Origin: Neocallimastix sp. 'constans'
Taxonomy: Eukaryota
DNA length: 64,000 nt
NCBI GenBank assembly: GCA_050613775.1
Contig: JBODTK010000001.1
Coordinates: forward strand, 1,426,001-1,490,000
Direction of reading: 5' to 3'
A program made the translations under genes and the position numbers. Shown here in pieces: positions 9,491 through 28,277 of this stretch. The notes under the pieces were generated by a model. It did not search any database and was not told the DNA's origin. It worked only from the letters and a program-made list of their open reading frames with translations. Positions within the stretch are counted from its first letter, which is position 1; every line of letters begins with the position of its first letter.

Positions 9491-10760
9491 ATATGGTTTT
9501 TAGCATATATTTATACAAAAATTATACCATTTTACATTTATTAATTAAGGCTCCAGAAATTGTATGTATATAAACAATACGGTTTTATGCTATATATATG
9601 CTAAAAACTATATTGTTTATTAACAATCTGGAACCTGTGTAATTCAATGAACAAAACAGCTATGATTGTATATAAACCATATATGTTTTGAATGTTCAAT
9701 TAACGATACAGCTTTGATATTCAATTAACAATATAGCTAAGTTGTTCAATAAACCATATAGCTATATCATATATATTAGCAATATATGCATATGTTTAAT
9801 TAATTAACAACATAGCTTTTTGATATATTAATAATAATATAAGCATATATTGCTAATATATGTATATTTATGCTATGTTTATGCTAAAACTATGCATATA
9901 TATGATTATGCCTTTTATTTTATTTTATTTTATTTTTTTTATTTATTTTTTTGATGAATTTGCCTGTTGTTTTAATATAGTTTTAGCATCAAAACCCTAT
10001 GTTGTTCATTTATATATATATGTTCCAGAATGTTGATATATTGTATTTGTATGCCATTTAGCATCAATGTTCATCAAAATACATATATAAACATAATTGT
10101 TTAAGTTGATACTAGTTTGAACAATAAAATGCATATATTTGGAATACAAATACTATCAAACAACCTATATTGTTTATATTATTAATATATATAATTAATA
10201 GTTGTTTCAATTTTGAATGCCTTAAACAACAACATGCTATGATTGTATATGATTAACGATATATGTTTTGCATTGTTTGATTGATAAATATAGCTAGTTT
10301 GTATCAAAAAAGGCATTCAGCATATTGCAATAATATTCATATAATAATATTATTAATAATAATAGTTTATATAATAATATAGCAATATTGTTCATATATA
10401 TATAATATAACAACAATAGTTTATGTAAAAATATTAGCAATAATCGTTATATTTTAATATATGAACAATAATCGTTTATATTTAATATATATATATACAA
10501 TATAGGTTAGTTATGCAAAACCTAGCTAGTTGAACAACATATGCTTTTGATCGTTCAACGTGGTTAAATATATGCCATATATTCTCAAACTAGCTAGGTT
10601 TGTAAATGCTAAAAACACTATTATTTATATTGATTCATTGCTGTTTTATTGTTCATTGAATTTCTGGAACATGTATAAATAAATAAACAACATAGCTATG
10701 TTATTCAATTAACAACAATGCATATATGTTCAATATATATCGCTATTTTAAAAATATGTG
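9491..10760. repeat. Foldback-like region of diverged direct and inverted ~20-50 bp modules
   Basis: Inverted pairs at 9491-9512/9591-9612, 10514-10532/10586-10604 and ~9640-9665/~10635-10661. Direct repeat GCTATGATTGTATAT at 9659 and 10236. Confidence 0.65.
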
Positions 10761-11490
10761 GCTTATAACTAATCTCGTGTGAGTCAGAAATGCACTATCC
10801 CATATGAAATATATATTTTTAACAAATCTTTCTAATATAACAATACAAAGGATTTTATTTTTATAATTAAAAGAATTTAAAATATAATTTTTTTTTTTTC
10901 CTGTAAATTTAAGAAAATCCAAATATGTTAAAATTTTAATAATTTTAATTTTAAAGATTTAATAATAAATATATATATATATATTGAAAAATGTAATATC
11001 TCTCATAAAATGATATAATATAGCTGAGCATTATTGCTAATAATAATTTATCAATTAGGACTCAATAATTTAAATCATTAAAATTTCAAAAAACATAAAA
11101 ATTTTAATTATTAGTAGATTTATATTATGATTAATTTAAGTTTAGTTCATAATGTAAATATACTAATTTTGAAGATTTTTATGTTTTTTTATATAATATA
11201 TATTATATAAAATATATTATTATATATTTTTATGTTTTTTATTTTTTTGTTAATGATATGTTTACTTTATATTAAATTTCATAATTAAAAAATATATATT
11301 ATGAACATATTAAAAGTTTAAATTATATTAAATATATAAATATATTGTATTTAAATAAAAATTAAAGATGTTTGTATTCAATAAATAATATATAATATTA
11401 GGTATATATAATTTAATCTTTTTTTTTTTTTTTTTTGATATAAAAAATTTTTTTGAAATAATTTTGAAATTTTATATTAAAATTATTTAA

Positions 11491-11505
11491 ATGATTGGTT
11501 AAAAT
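11491..11505 (-). promoter_or_regulatory. Inverted CCAAT box (ATGATTGGTTAAAAT) upstream of RIX7
   Basis: Reverse complement contains AACCAATCA, the NF-Y/Hap2-3-5 consensus. An identical 15-mer lies upstream of NOP10. Confidence 0.45.
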
Positions 11506-11539
11506 TTCATTATTTTTAATTTATTTTTTTTTTTTATAT

Positions 11540-11581
<42 letters not shown>

Positions 11582-11822
11582 CTTGTAAAAATATATTAAA
11601 AGAAAGATATTAAATAATTTTTAAAAAAAAATAATTTATGTCATAATTAATTTGTGATTCCCATTTCATATATTATATACCTTTCATATATATATTTCTA
11701 CTATAGTTAAGAAATTTGTTATTTCAATTTTATTTTATAACTGTTTTAATCAGCTATCAATTGTCTTTTCCTAAAATAATATATAAATAATAAAGTATTT
11801 TAAAATAATATAAATAATAAAA

Positions 11823-16740
<4,918 letters not shown>

Positions 16741-19428
16741 AACATAAATTATTAATTAAAAAATATATATATATATTTTAATATAATAAGAAATAAACTA
16801 AATGAAAATCAGTAATCATAAATCAATTATCTTTTTAGCATTGTTATTTAAATTAAATTAAATTAAATTAAATATATAATAATAATAATAATAATATTTA
16901 TATTAACGATTTGTTTTTTAAAATTGTTACTTTACATTCAATTTCAACTTATATTTTTTAAAAAAATTTTATTGACATATTTAAATAAATAGATACTTTT
17001 AATTTAATATTTTCTTAAAATAAAACAATATTATTATATACATTATTTACAAAATAATTTTTTTAGACCATTATATTATTTGTTATATATATGATATTAT
17101 ATCATTTTTTAAATCTTCATATTATAAATTTGTTAAATAAAAAAATTAAAAAAAAAAGAATAATGATTAAGTAATAAATAAAATAAAAATATTTTTGATA
17201 TTTAGAATTCTATTTAGAATTTTTTTTTTTTTTTATGTATATTTTAAAAAATGAAAAAAATTTAATAATAGATAAGAAAAAAAAAATTTTTTAAATAAGT
17301 TAAATTTGAAAATTAAACATTTAATTCTGAACAAGTGTACTTTCAAACTAATATATTAATAGATAGGGGGGAAAATAAAATTTAATTTGGATGATAAATA
17401 TAATGAATGTGGAAAATTTATTATATAAAATTTTTTATTTTTTATTTTTTATAATTTAAAAAAAAAATTTTTTTTCTTTTTTTTAATAATAATGGAGAAA
17501 TTTCTATTTCCTAATTTTTTTTATTTTTAAAAAAAAAAAAATTACTTATTTTCTTATTTGATATAAAATTTAATATAAAAAAAAAAAAAATTTTTTTTAA
17601 ATATATAATTATAAATATGTAATAATAATAAATAAAAGGTTAGATTTACAATCAATTATTAGTTTACAAATAATATGAAAATTTTGTTATAATTAACAAA
17701 AGAGTTCAATAAAATAATTTAAAATTAAAAATAAAAGAATAAAATAAAAAAAATAAAAATATTAAAAATATTAAAAATATTAATTATATTTCCAAAATAA
17801 ATAATGATTATTATTCAATTATAAATATAACAAAAAAAGAATTTTAACATATAGATATACTTATCAAAAGAAATAAATTTAATAAATTTTTTTTTTTAAA
17901 AAAAAAAAATTTGGTTAAAAAAATTTCCCAAATTTTTTATTATTTTTAAAAACTATAAATTAGTAAAATTAGAAAAGTGAAGTAATTATAATTGATATTT
18001 TACTAATACTCTTATACTTTTTAAAAAAAAAAAAAAGAAATTTTATAATTAATAATTAATTTCAATTATAATAATAACTAATAGATGTTAATTTCTTTAA
18101 CAGAAATTAAAAAAGGCGATCTTTTGTAACTTTGTTAAGAAATTCAATAATTGTTATATATTTTAAAAAATTTGATAAAAATTGACTATAATTTATTTTA
18201 AATTTAATTTTTTTTTTCTTTTTCATTTATTGATTTATTGAATTTGTAAATATATTTATGTATATGAACGTGATCTAAGGGAAAAATTTTTGTTTATTCC
18301 TTATGTTGCTAAAAAAAATTAATATATTTTTAATACATTATTTAATTATTAATAAAATTATAATACGTATTTAGTATAAATGATTTTTTTTTTTAAAATA
18401 AAAAAAAAAATAAAATTAAATAAAAAAAAAAAAAAAAAATTAAAGTTTGTAGTAATAAAAATTTTATAAAAAAATTTATTTTTTTTTTATTATTTTGGTT
18501 TCTTTTATGGTTTAAGTCTAATTTTTATGATTATTGTAAATGGAAAGTAAAAAGAATAAAAATTAAAAAAAAAAAAATAAGAGTGAAAACTGAATGTAAA
18601 AAAAAAAAAAAAAAAGAAAGGAAAAATATTATTAATTTCATTTTTATAATAATTGGTAGAATTTTAAAATTGAATTTAAAGATTATTATTTTTTTTCTTG
18701 GGAAAAAAAAATATAATATAAAATTAAGAATATTAGTTAGAAATAAAGATAACTACAATAAAAAAAAAAAAAAAAAAAAAAAAAAGGTTTGTTAAAAAAT
18801 AATAATAATAAGAAAATACATAAGTCCATTAAATAAATAAAATAAATAATAAATAAATAAGTAAAGCAAAAAAAAATAAAATAATAAAACTTATAAAAAA
18901 AAAAAAAGAATTTTGAATCATTCATTCAATTATTATTTCTTTCAAATTTTGAAATATAAAATGACTAACGGGTATAAAAATAATAATACTAATATACGAT
19001 TTCTATTTAATAATATATTATAATAATATTTTTATATTATATTACATAATTTTTATTTTTATTTAATATTAGAAATAATTATAAATTTCAATTAGGAATT
19101 ATTCATTTGAAAATAAGAAAAATTTGAATATAGTTTTTTTTATATAATTTTTTTTTTTTTTTTTTTTTATTTTTTATTTTTTTTTTTTTTTTTTTTTTTC
19201 TAATATTATAGTATTATAATTTTAATTTTAAGTTGAAATAATAGTATTTATACTATTAAAAATAATAAAATTAATATTTATATTTTTACAAATAATAGTG
19301 CATATATTTTTTATATTAAAATTATTTACAATTATCAGATTTAATAAAAGAAAATTTTAAACATTTTTTAACAGTATAATAATTAATAAAAAAAAATATT
19401 AACAAAATAAAATAAAATAATTTATAAA

Positions 19429-19461
<33 letters not shown>

Positions 19462-19474
19462 TAGTAATAAAAAA

Positions 19475-20772
19475 ATGAGTGAAGTATTCATATTTAGTAG
19501 ACTTGAGAACAATGAAAAGAACCGTAAGAATGCTGCATTCAGTTTTTTAAAAAATATAAAATTAGGAAATGAACCAGAAAACAGTGAAAGAAATGCAGTT
19601 CATTATGAAAATCCTTTAAAAAAAGAAAATTCATATAATAGTATAAAAGATAATTCAGAAGAACAAAGGAGAGATACAAAACCAAAATTTTTCTTAAATG
19701 ATGATGGAAGTGACAATGAATCAAATTCTTCAAATTCCAAAGAACAGGTAAATTTTAATCAGGGTACCATTACTGAAATACCTTCTTCATATGATTTGAA
19801 TAAAAATATGGAATTTAATAAAGAAAATGAATTGAAGAATAATTTCAATAATTCTTTTGCCTATAATGAAGTAAGTAACATGTCTGAAAAATCAAAAAGA
19901 AATTTGTCAATTATTATTGGTAAAACGAAAAATGGTGAAATGAATTCAAATTATAATTTTAAAACTTTATGGTCTGCTCGTAAAAGTATAAATGATTCCC
20001 CAGTATTTGGAAGAATACATTCATTATCAGATTTAACGGAACTTTCAAAACAGGATAAATCCAATACATTATCTGTATGTGGTAAATCAAATTCAGGAGA
20101 TAATATGATTAGAACTAGACAAATGGCTTTAAACCTAACGCCTATGCCAATAGCAAGAGATAAACGTCAAAAAGCAGCAAAAAAGTTTTTATCCAATATT
20201 CAATTAGTTCCATCTCAGACCGCTAAAACCAAAATTCCTTTTATGGAAAAAGAAATTAGAAAAACGAATTTCAATGGATATAATAGAGAAGGTATTAATA
20301 TGTGAAAAGAAAAAAAAAAAAAATTTTTTTTTCAATATAAAAATATATAATAATTAATATATATATATATTTATTAATTATTATTATTTTAATATTTATA
20401 AAATACAAATATTTTATTTTTAACATTTAAATAATATATTATATAATTAATATTAATTATTAATTTTTATAAAAAGCTTGTATAAACTCAAATTATCTTT
20501 CTATCAAGGGATCCCAATTAAAAAATTATGATAATGAAAATAAAGATGATCATGAGAAGGAATTATTTAATACAGTATTAAACAATATTCAAGTTTACAC
20601 CTCACCAAATGTAAATATATATATATATTTATATTTTTATTCGGTTTATTTAAAATATAAAAATATTTTGAAAATATATTAGTATAGTTATTTTTAATTT
20701 ATTTTATTGTATTTTATTATTATTATTATTATTATTATTTTAATAATATAAACTTATTCATAAATATATTAT

Positions 20773-20804
<32 letters not shown>

Positions 20805-21034
20805 AATATTAAAATAAAAAGGGTAATATTATTGGAACATTTTCTGTATTAAATCCAAAAAGTTATAGAGAGAATAAAACGAGGATTATGAGTAGAAATT
20901 ATAGTTTTATAAATCAAAAAAGGTAAATTTATTGTTATTCAGTAAATAGGTTTAAAAGGCTCAAACCCTAAAAAAAAAATTATTTATAAATAATATAATA
21001 TTAATTTAATAATATTGTAATATATATATATATA

Positions 21035-21071
<37 letters not shown>

Positions 21072-21925
21072 ATTATTTTTATTATCTTTAATAGAAATAG
21101 CAAAAAGGATATTTCATTTAAATTACCAAATATTCAAATTAGAAAAAAGGTAATTTATATATATATAGAAAGAAAAAAAAAAATAAAAGTTAAATAAAAA
21201 TAAAACAAAAATTAAATTATATATTGTTCAAAATTAAAAATATTTTATATTTCTATAATTATATCTTAATATATATTTATATATTTATATATTATTTATA
21301 TTATATAAATAATATTCTCTATTTCATTTATAATCATTATTTGTATTATTGCTGTTTTAAAGACATCAGAGTCCTATGCAAAACTATTGTTCCCTTCTCA
21401 TTCACTGGAAAGAAAGCCTCCAGATAATTATCATATTACTGTATTAGATGATCCAACTCTAATCACCGGAAAACATAAAACAATTATTGCATTACCTTAT
21501 TTCATGGTAACGTTTATTTACAAACAAATTATATATATATTAATGCTTTAAATGTTTTATTATTATTATTTTTATTATTAATATTAATATTAATATTATT
21601 ATAATTAATATTGGTATATTTTATTAACTACTTTTATCTATTTAATAATGAATATATATATACTTTATAGAGTTCAATTATTCAATATTCAAGACCGTCC
21701 GATTTAAAGAGAGAACTAAATGAACAATTCCGTCAACTTCATCCTGATTTAGATCCTTCATTAACACTTACACAAATAAGAAAAGTTAAAAAAGATATAT
21801 ATTTAGCTGCACAAGAAATGGTAAAAATATAATAAAAATAAGATAATATATATATATATATATTAGGTTTATCATTATATATTTCAAAATTAATAATTAA
21901 CAGGATTAATAGAATTTATTTAATA

Positions 21926-21983
<58 letters not shown>

Positions 21984-22882
21984 ATGTATATTTATTATTG
22001 TTTAATAGAATTTAGAATTATCTAGCGTTGCTAAAGCTTATGTTTATTTTGAAAGATTAATTTTAAAGGTAAAAATAAAATTAATATCATTATTAAACAT
22101 GTTTAATTATCTATAATAAAAGCTAAATTAAATTAAAATTATATTAATTATATATCTATATACTTAAAAATATATATACTTTTTTTTTTTTTTTAATATT
22201 GCATTATTAACAGAACGAAGTAAATAAATATAATAGAAAACTAATAGGAGGTAATAAATTATTTTATTATTAATCATATTTTATACATTTTTTTTAAAAA
22301 AAATGATATTGATATTATTGTAAAACCTTTAAAAATAAAAAATATAAATTAACATTTAAAAAAAAAAATATTTTTTTGATACATTTATTTATTTATTTAT
22401 ATTTATTTATTTATTTTTCATTATATTATAACTAGCAACATGTTTATTTTTAGCTACCAAAGTTAACGATCCAAAGGAAGTTTCTTATGCTAATTTATTA
22501 AGAGTAATTATCTTTTTATTTTATTTATTTAAAAAAAAAAAAAAAAAATTGTTTTAAAAATAAAATTTAATGAAAATACAATATATATATATATATCAAT
22601 AGTAAATAAATATAAAAACAATTAATTATTTATTTATATTTTTATTAATGATATATCTATATATATACTCCTCAACTTCTAAAGATATTAAATAAAATTA
22701 TGGGTGTTTCACCTAAAGAGATTAGAGAAAATGAATTTAATGTATTTGTTGCATTAGAGTTTGTACTCTATGTACCGTTATGGGATATTAGACCTCATTT
22801 TGAACGATTGGTCACTTCGTCAGAATTTCCAAAAGTAGATATGAGCGAATATATTGGTGATAAAATGTTTTATTATAATTAA
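19475..22882 (+). CDS. CABLES: CABLES-like (CDK5/ABL1 enzyme substrate family) cyclin-fold protein (~587 aa, 10 exons)
   Basis: Exons 19475-20291, 20477-20610, 20822-20922, 21095-21149, 21363-21506, 21671-21820, 22009-22068, 22214-22250, 22436-22503, 22685-22882. Motifs LDDPTLITGKHKTII, SIIQYSRPSDLKRELNEQFR, LTLTQIRKVK, VAKAYVYFERL, NRKLIGATCLFLATKV and EFNVFVALEF match the CABLES C-terminal domain. Confidence 0.85.
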
Positions 22883-23129
22883 AGAACAAGGAAAACAAAA
22901 TAATAAAATAATAAAATAATAATAATAATAATAATATATATATATATAAAGCAAACTATATATATATATATATTTTTTATCTAAAAATCTTTTTATTATA
23001 AGCTCTAAATTTTTATTTTTCTTTCAACCCTCATTTATCATTTAATTATATATATATATAATTTACTAATATACCTTAATATATAATCCAAATTACATAA
23101 AAAAAAAAAAAACCAATCTATATAGAATG

Positions 23130-23165
<36 letters not shown>

Positions 23166-23200
23166 AAACAGTCAAAACTAACAAATAAGCAAGTAAATAC

Positions 23201-23234
<34 letters not shown>

Positions 23235-23268
23235 AATAATAATACCCAAGATATCTTTTTTCTATTAA

Positions 23269-23422
<154 letters not shown>

Positions 23423-23879
23423 TAAAGATAAAAATAAAAATAAAAATAAAAATAAAAATAAAGTAAAAAATAAAATAAAAATAAAAAAATAATAAAAATT
23501 CTACTTATATTGTTATGGCATATCTTTAAAATAAAAATATAAAAAATATTAAATATATTAAAATAAACAAATTATATATATTTATATTTTTTTTTATTTT
23601 ATTAATTTTATTTAAAAAAATAAATATTTCTTTTTTTTTTTTTTAAGAATATAATTATGATTTTATATAAATAAAATAATTTTCTTTACAATTTATAAAA
23701 AAAATAAAATTATTTTTTTTATATATGAAAAGAAAAAGATATAGTATTTATTGTTATATTTTTTGTATTCCTTTAGAGTACTACATTTTAATTTTAAAAC
23801 AAAATATTCGTAATATTTTTTTAATTGGAAAATTTGAAATTTATGCTTTATGAAATTTTGAAATTTAATCTATTAATAT

Positions 23880-24861
23880 TTAATGTTCTTCGCACCAAGC
23901 ATTTTCCTTCTTAATTTGTTCTTCTTCTTCAGGAGTAAAATCATTTTGAATGTTGAATAATTTGCGAAGTTCTTCGACCTTCTTACCCTTAATCATATTA
24001 GCAACAGTTTTACAACCTTTGTAGATACCATTTCATTTTTTTTGTTTTATTTTTTAACAAATTTTTTATTTTTTTTAAAAAAAAGTATTTATTTAATTAC
24101 AATTTAAGTTTTATTTGATATTGTAAGCATAGGATATTTCAATTGATATATAATTAAGAATTTAATTAATGGGTTAATATGTTTGAAATGAGGAAAGTTT
24201 ATGTTGTATTGAATATACAGATATATATAAGCAAATTTTTTAATATTATATTTTTAATAAATTATAAATAAAGTATCGAAAAATAATATTTATAATTTAA
24301 AAAAATTTATATATAAAAGAATTATAATAATTATTAAAATTATTAGTATAGAAATATTTTAAAAAAAATTTTTTTATTTATAATATTTATATATAAATCT
24401 CAATATATTATAATTCAATATAATGTAATAATACCAATAATAACTATTAAAATATATATAATAATTTATAGCTTTATTTATTTATTTTTTATAAACTAAC
24501 CTAAATCTAATAAATCCTTGATATCTAAGTAATTAGCAGCAAGGATAAGTTCATATAAAGAACCTTGATCAATGTTCATAAATTCTTTGTCCCATTCATC
24601 AGTAATTTCAGAAGTTCTTGGTCCTTCAACTGGTGGTTTAACTGGATCATCCTTGTGATGAGTAGCATATTCGATAACCTTGACTAAAATTGGACCAGAA
24701 ACATTTGGTAATGGAATTGGGTTTTCTTCAGAATCAAGGACATCTTTTTTTTTTTTTCATATATATGTATGTTATCAAAAATTAAAAATATTTATTTATA
24801 ATATATATAAACATAAATATTTCATAAAAAATATATATATTATTATTATTACTAATATAAT

Positions 24862-24895
<34 letters not shown>

Positions 24896-25122
24896 TATTA
24901 ATAAAAAATATAGAAATTTCCTAATTTTAAATAACAAGGTTTATAAGTACTTCTAATTTATTTTTGATAAAATAATAATATTAATATTTTAACAATTATT
25001 CTTTGATTTAAAATCTTTATATATAATTCAAAAATATACTTTCATATTTTGAAAATATTAAATAAATAATTTATTAAGATTTATTTATATTATTTATTTA
25101 TATTTGTACGATTTATATTTCA

Positions 25123-25153
<31 letters not shown>

Positions 25154-25475
25154 TTAAATTTGAAAATAATAAAGATTATTTTGTTTATATTTTTTTATAA
25201 ACAATTATTCCATTTAAAATTTTAAATTATCATCTATTTTTTTTTTTTTAAAAAAAAAAAAAAAACTTCAAAGCCAAAATAATGGATTATTAATTTATCA
25301 TCATTTTTTCTATTGTTTTATTGCATATACTATTCAAAATTTCTTTTCATTTTTACTAGTTCTAAATTTAATTTAATAATATACCTTCAATCATGTTCTT
25401 TAATAAAACAGATTGGTAAGCAACTTCCTTGGAAATAGTAAATTCTTGACCGTCAGAACTAGTTAATTTAACCAT
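23880..25475 (-). CDS. SKP1: SCF adaptor Skp1 (3 exons)
   Basis: Exons 25475-25385, 24743-24501, 24016-23880: [83 protein letters not shown]. Confidence 0.96.
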
Positions 25476-26248
25476 CTTTATTATATTTTATGTTTTATAT
25501 ATTTTAATTTCTTTATAAATAATATTTTTTCTAAAAATAAAAGAAAAGAAAAAATAAAATAAAAAACTGTAAAAAATATATTATTCATAGTATATTATAT
25601 ATATTATATTAATATTATTTTAATATTATAATTCTATTAATTAATAAATTATTAATTTATCAATTATTAATTTTTTTTTTATTTTTATTTTTGTTTATAT
25701 TTAGTCACCAATTTATCAATTTATTTAGTTATTTATCTACTTATTTCTCTATTATTTATTTAAATAAGTATTTATTTATCTATTTGTTTATCAATATATA
25801 TAAAAAAGGAAATTTTAATAAATTAATAATAATCACATGATATACATATTTTTTAATAATTTTTTATAAATAAAAATTTATGATTAGTAATAGTATTGTA
25901 AAAATTTAGTAAAAAAAAATAATATGAAAATGATTTTAAATTATAAAAAAAAATATATATATATTAAAATATTATAAAACTTTTCAATAAACTATAAATA
26001 ATTATAAATTTTGATAATAAAATTGATTAATTTATTATTTATAATGAATAAATAAATAAATAAATAAAAAAAAAAAAAGGAAAAAATTCTCGATCAATAT
26101 ATTTAAATAATTGATATAAAGGATGTGCATTAATTAATACTTATATTGCATAAAATAAATCAATATAAAATTATGTAATTACTATAGTTTTTATATTAAA
26201 AACTATATATTACATTATTTTTTAATATATATTTTAACTAAGAATTAA

Positions 26249-26281
<33 letters not shown>

Positions 26282-26433
26282 CAACATTTTTTAATTAATT
26301 TAAAAAAATTACTTTAAAAGGAAATAAAATTAAAAAAATGAGTTTCTGTTAAAATAGAAAAAAAAGATTTACATGTAAAAGTTTTAATTTTAAAAGATGA
26401 ATTAAATTATAAAAATCTTTTCAATATTTAAAA

Positions 26434-26471
<38 letters not shown>

Positions 26472-26915
26472 CAAAAAAAAAAAAAAAAAAAGAATTAATA
26501 ATAGGAACATGTTAATTTTTATGATATTAATAATTAATATTCATATATTTATATTATTACATAATTATTTCTAAGCTAATTTTAATATTTAAACTTTTCA
26601 TTTTATATAAATATTTTAAAATTTTAATCGTATATTAAAAATAATTATAGTTGTTTTTTTTTTCTGTTTTCTTGTCATATATATATATATATTTAATGTA
26701 CTATATGTTTCATATGAACAAATATATATATTGTTTAAATTTATATTACAATAAAATAATAGTAAAACAATTAATCTTCAAAAATTTAAACACATATTAA
26801 AAGTATAAATAAATTTAAAATAAATACCTTTTTTTTATATTATTTTTATACTTTTTTATTTTTCTTTATTAAATTTATTGAATATTTTATTTATTTATTT
26901 ATTTAAATGTATTTC

Positions 26916-26949
<34 letters not shown>

Positions 26950-26954
26950 TTAAA

Positions 26955-28277
26955 TTAATTTTCTTTACTATTTTGTTTGTTATAAGATTTTATATTTAAT
27001 ATAACATTACTAAAAAATTGATGGATTTTATCATTTTTTGAATATGAACTAGAAGATTGAAATCTTTTCTTAATTTCTTCAAAGTCCATTTCATTATTCA
27101 TATTGTGCTCATCTTCACTTTTACCACGAAGGGAATTATGTTCTTCATTTAAAAAGACTAATATTTTTGAAAATTTGCTATTTTTATATAAATTATTTAT
27201 GGAAAAATTATTACTTTGCTCATCACTCGCATCTCTGTATTCATCAATAATAGAACTGAAGCTATATCTTTTTTCATCAAAATCATTCCATTCATTAGAG
27301 AGTGAATCGATATCAATGTAGCATTTAATAATATCACGAGAATGAGTATGAATAGAGATATCATTGGTTCTTTTATGTCTGGAGTCATCAAAATTGATAA
27401 CTTTTAAGGATTTAAGAGATTTTTTTGAATTTAATTTCTTATTAAATATATTGAAACTATTATCATAATTTGAAGTATTTTTCTTACTTTTAAGGTTAAA
27501 CTTTTTATGATTGGACATAATATAATTTTTTTCGTGATTTTTAATTTGAATAGTATTATTTTGATTATAATCATTAATATTCTTTATTTTTTCTTTTTCG
27601 GATGATAATGTAGTTTTTAAAGTAGAAGTAATTGTAGTGGAGTTAATCTTATTATAATTATTTAAGTCATTAACTTTATTATTAGTTAAAAGAGATTCTT
27701 TTCTTTTATTTATAATAGTATGATGTAATAAATAATAAGTAATATCATCATAATGCTTATCGGATGCAAGCTTAAAAGCAGTAACATTATTTTTATTAAT
27801 AATAGAAGAATTAGCACCATGATTAATTAAATATTGAACAATATCAAGACGCTTGGAAGATATAGCATAAAATAAAGCTGTGGAACCTTCATGATCTTTT
27901 TGATCAATGAAAGCTCCTTTAAATAGTAAATAACCAACAGTAGAGATATGACCATAAAGAGAAGCATACATTAAAGCAGTTAAACCAGAATTATTAATTT
28001 CATTTATGTTAGCACCATTATTAATTAAGTATTGGACAATAGAATAGTAACCCTTTTGAGAAGCATACATTAAAGGAGTGGAACCAGTTTTGTCTTTTTG
28101 ATTTAAGTCAACTTTTAAATCAACAAGACATTTAATAGTATCTAAATGATTATATTGAGAAGCGAAAATTAACATGTTTAAATATTTTTTTTGATTTTCA
28201 TTTTTACGATGGTTAATAGAAGAAGATAAAGAAGAAGAAGTATCAAAAGTATTATTAGTTTGAATAAGAGTATTCAT
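26955..28277 (-). CDS. Ankyrin-repeat protein (4-5 N-terminal repeats, low-complexity C-terminus)
   Basis: 440-aa ORF with GSTPLMYAS, GLTALMYAS, GSTALFYAI and NVTAFKLAS repeats at ~33-aa spacing and L-x-x-GA-x-I-N/D linkers. Confidence 0.85.
   Translation of the reverse strand: MNTLIQTNNTFDTSSSLSSSINHRKNENQKKYLNMLIFASQYNHLDTIKCLVDLKVDLNQKDKTGSTPLMYASQKGYYSIVQYLINNGANINEINNSGLTALMYASLYGHISTVGYLLFKGAFIDQKDHEGSTALFYAISSKRLDIVQYLINHGANSSIINKNNVTAFKLASDKHYDDITYYLLHHTIINKRKESLLTNNKVNDLNNYNKINSTTITSTLKTTLSSEKEKIKNINDYNQNNTIQIKNHEKNYIMSNHKKFNLKSKKNTSNYDNSFNIFNKKLNSKKSLKSLKVINFDDSRHKRTNDISIHTHSRDIIKCYIDIDSLSNEWNDFDEKRYSFSSIIDEYRDASDEQSNNFSINNLYKNSKFSKILVFLNEEHNSLRGKSEDEHNMNNEMDFEEIKKRFQSSSSYSKNDKIHQFFSNVILNIKSYNKQNSKEN

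Noticed and set aside
25832..25840. CDEI-like ATCACATGA (TCACATGA also near 8834 and 9117) as a point centromere
   Set aside because: No CDEIII element follows, and point centromeres are restricted to Saccharomycetaceae. At most these are E-box-like sites.
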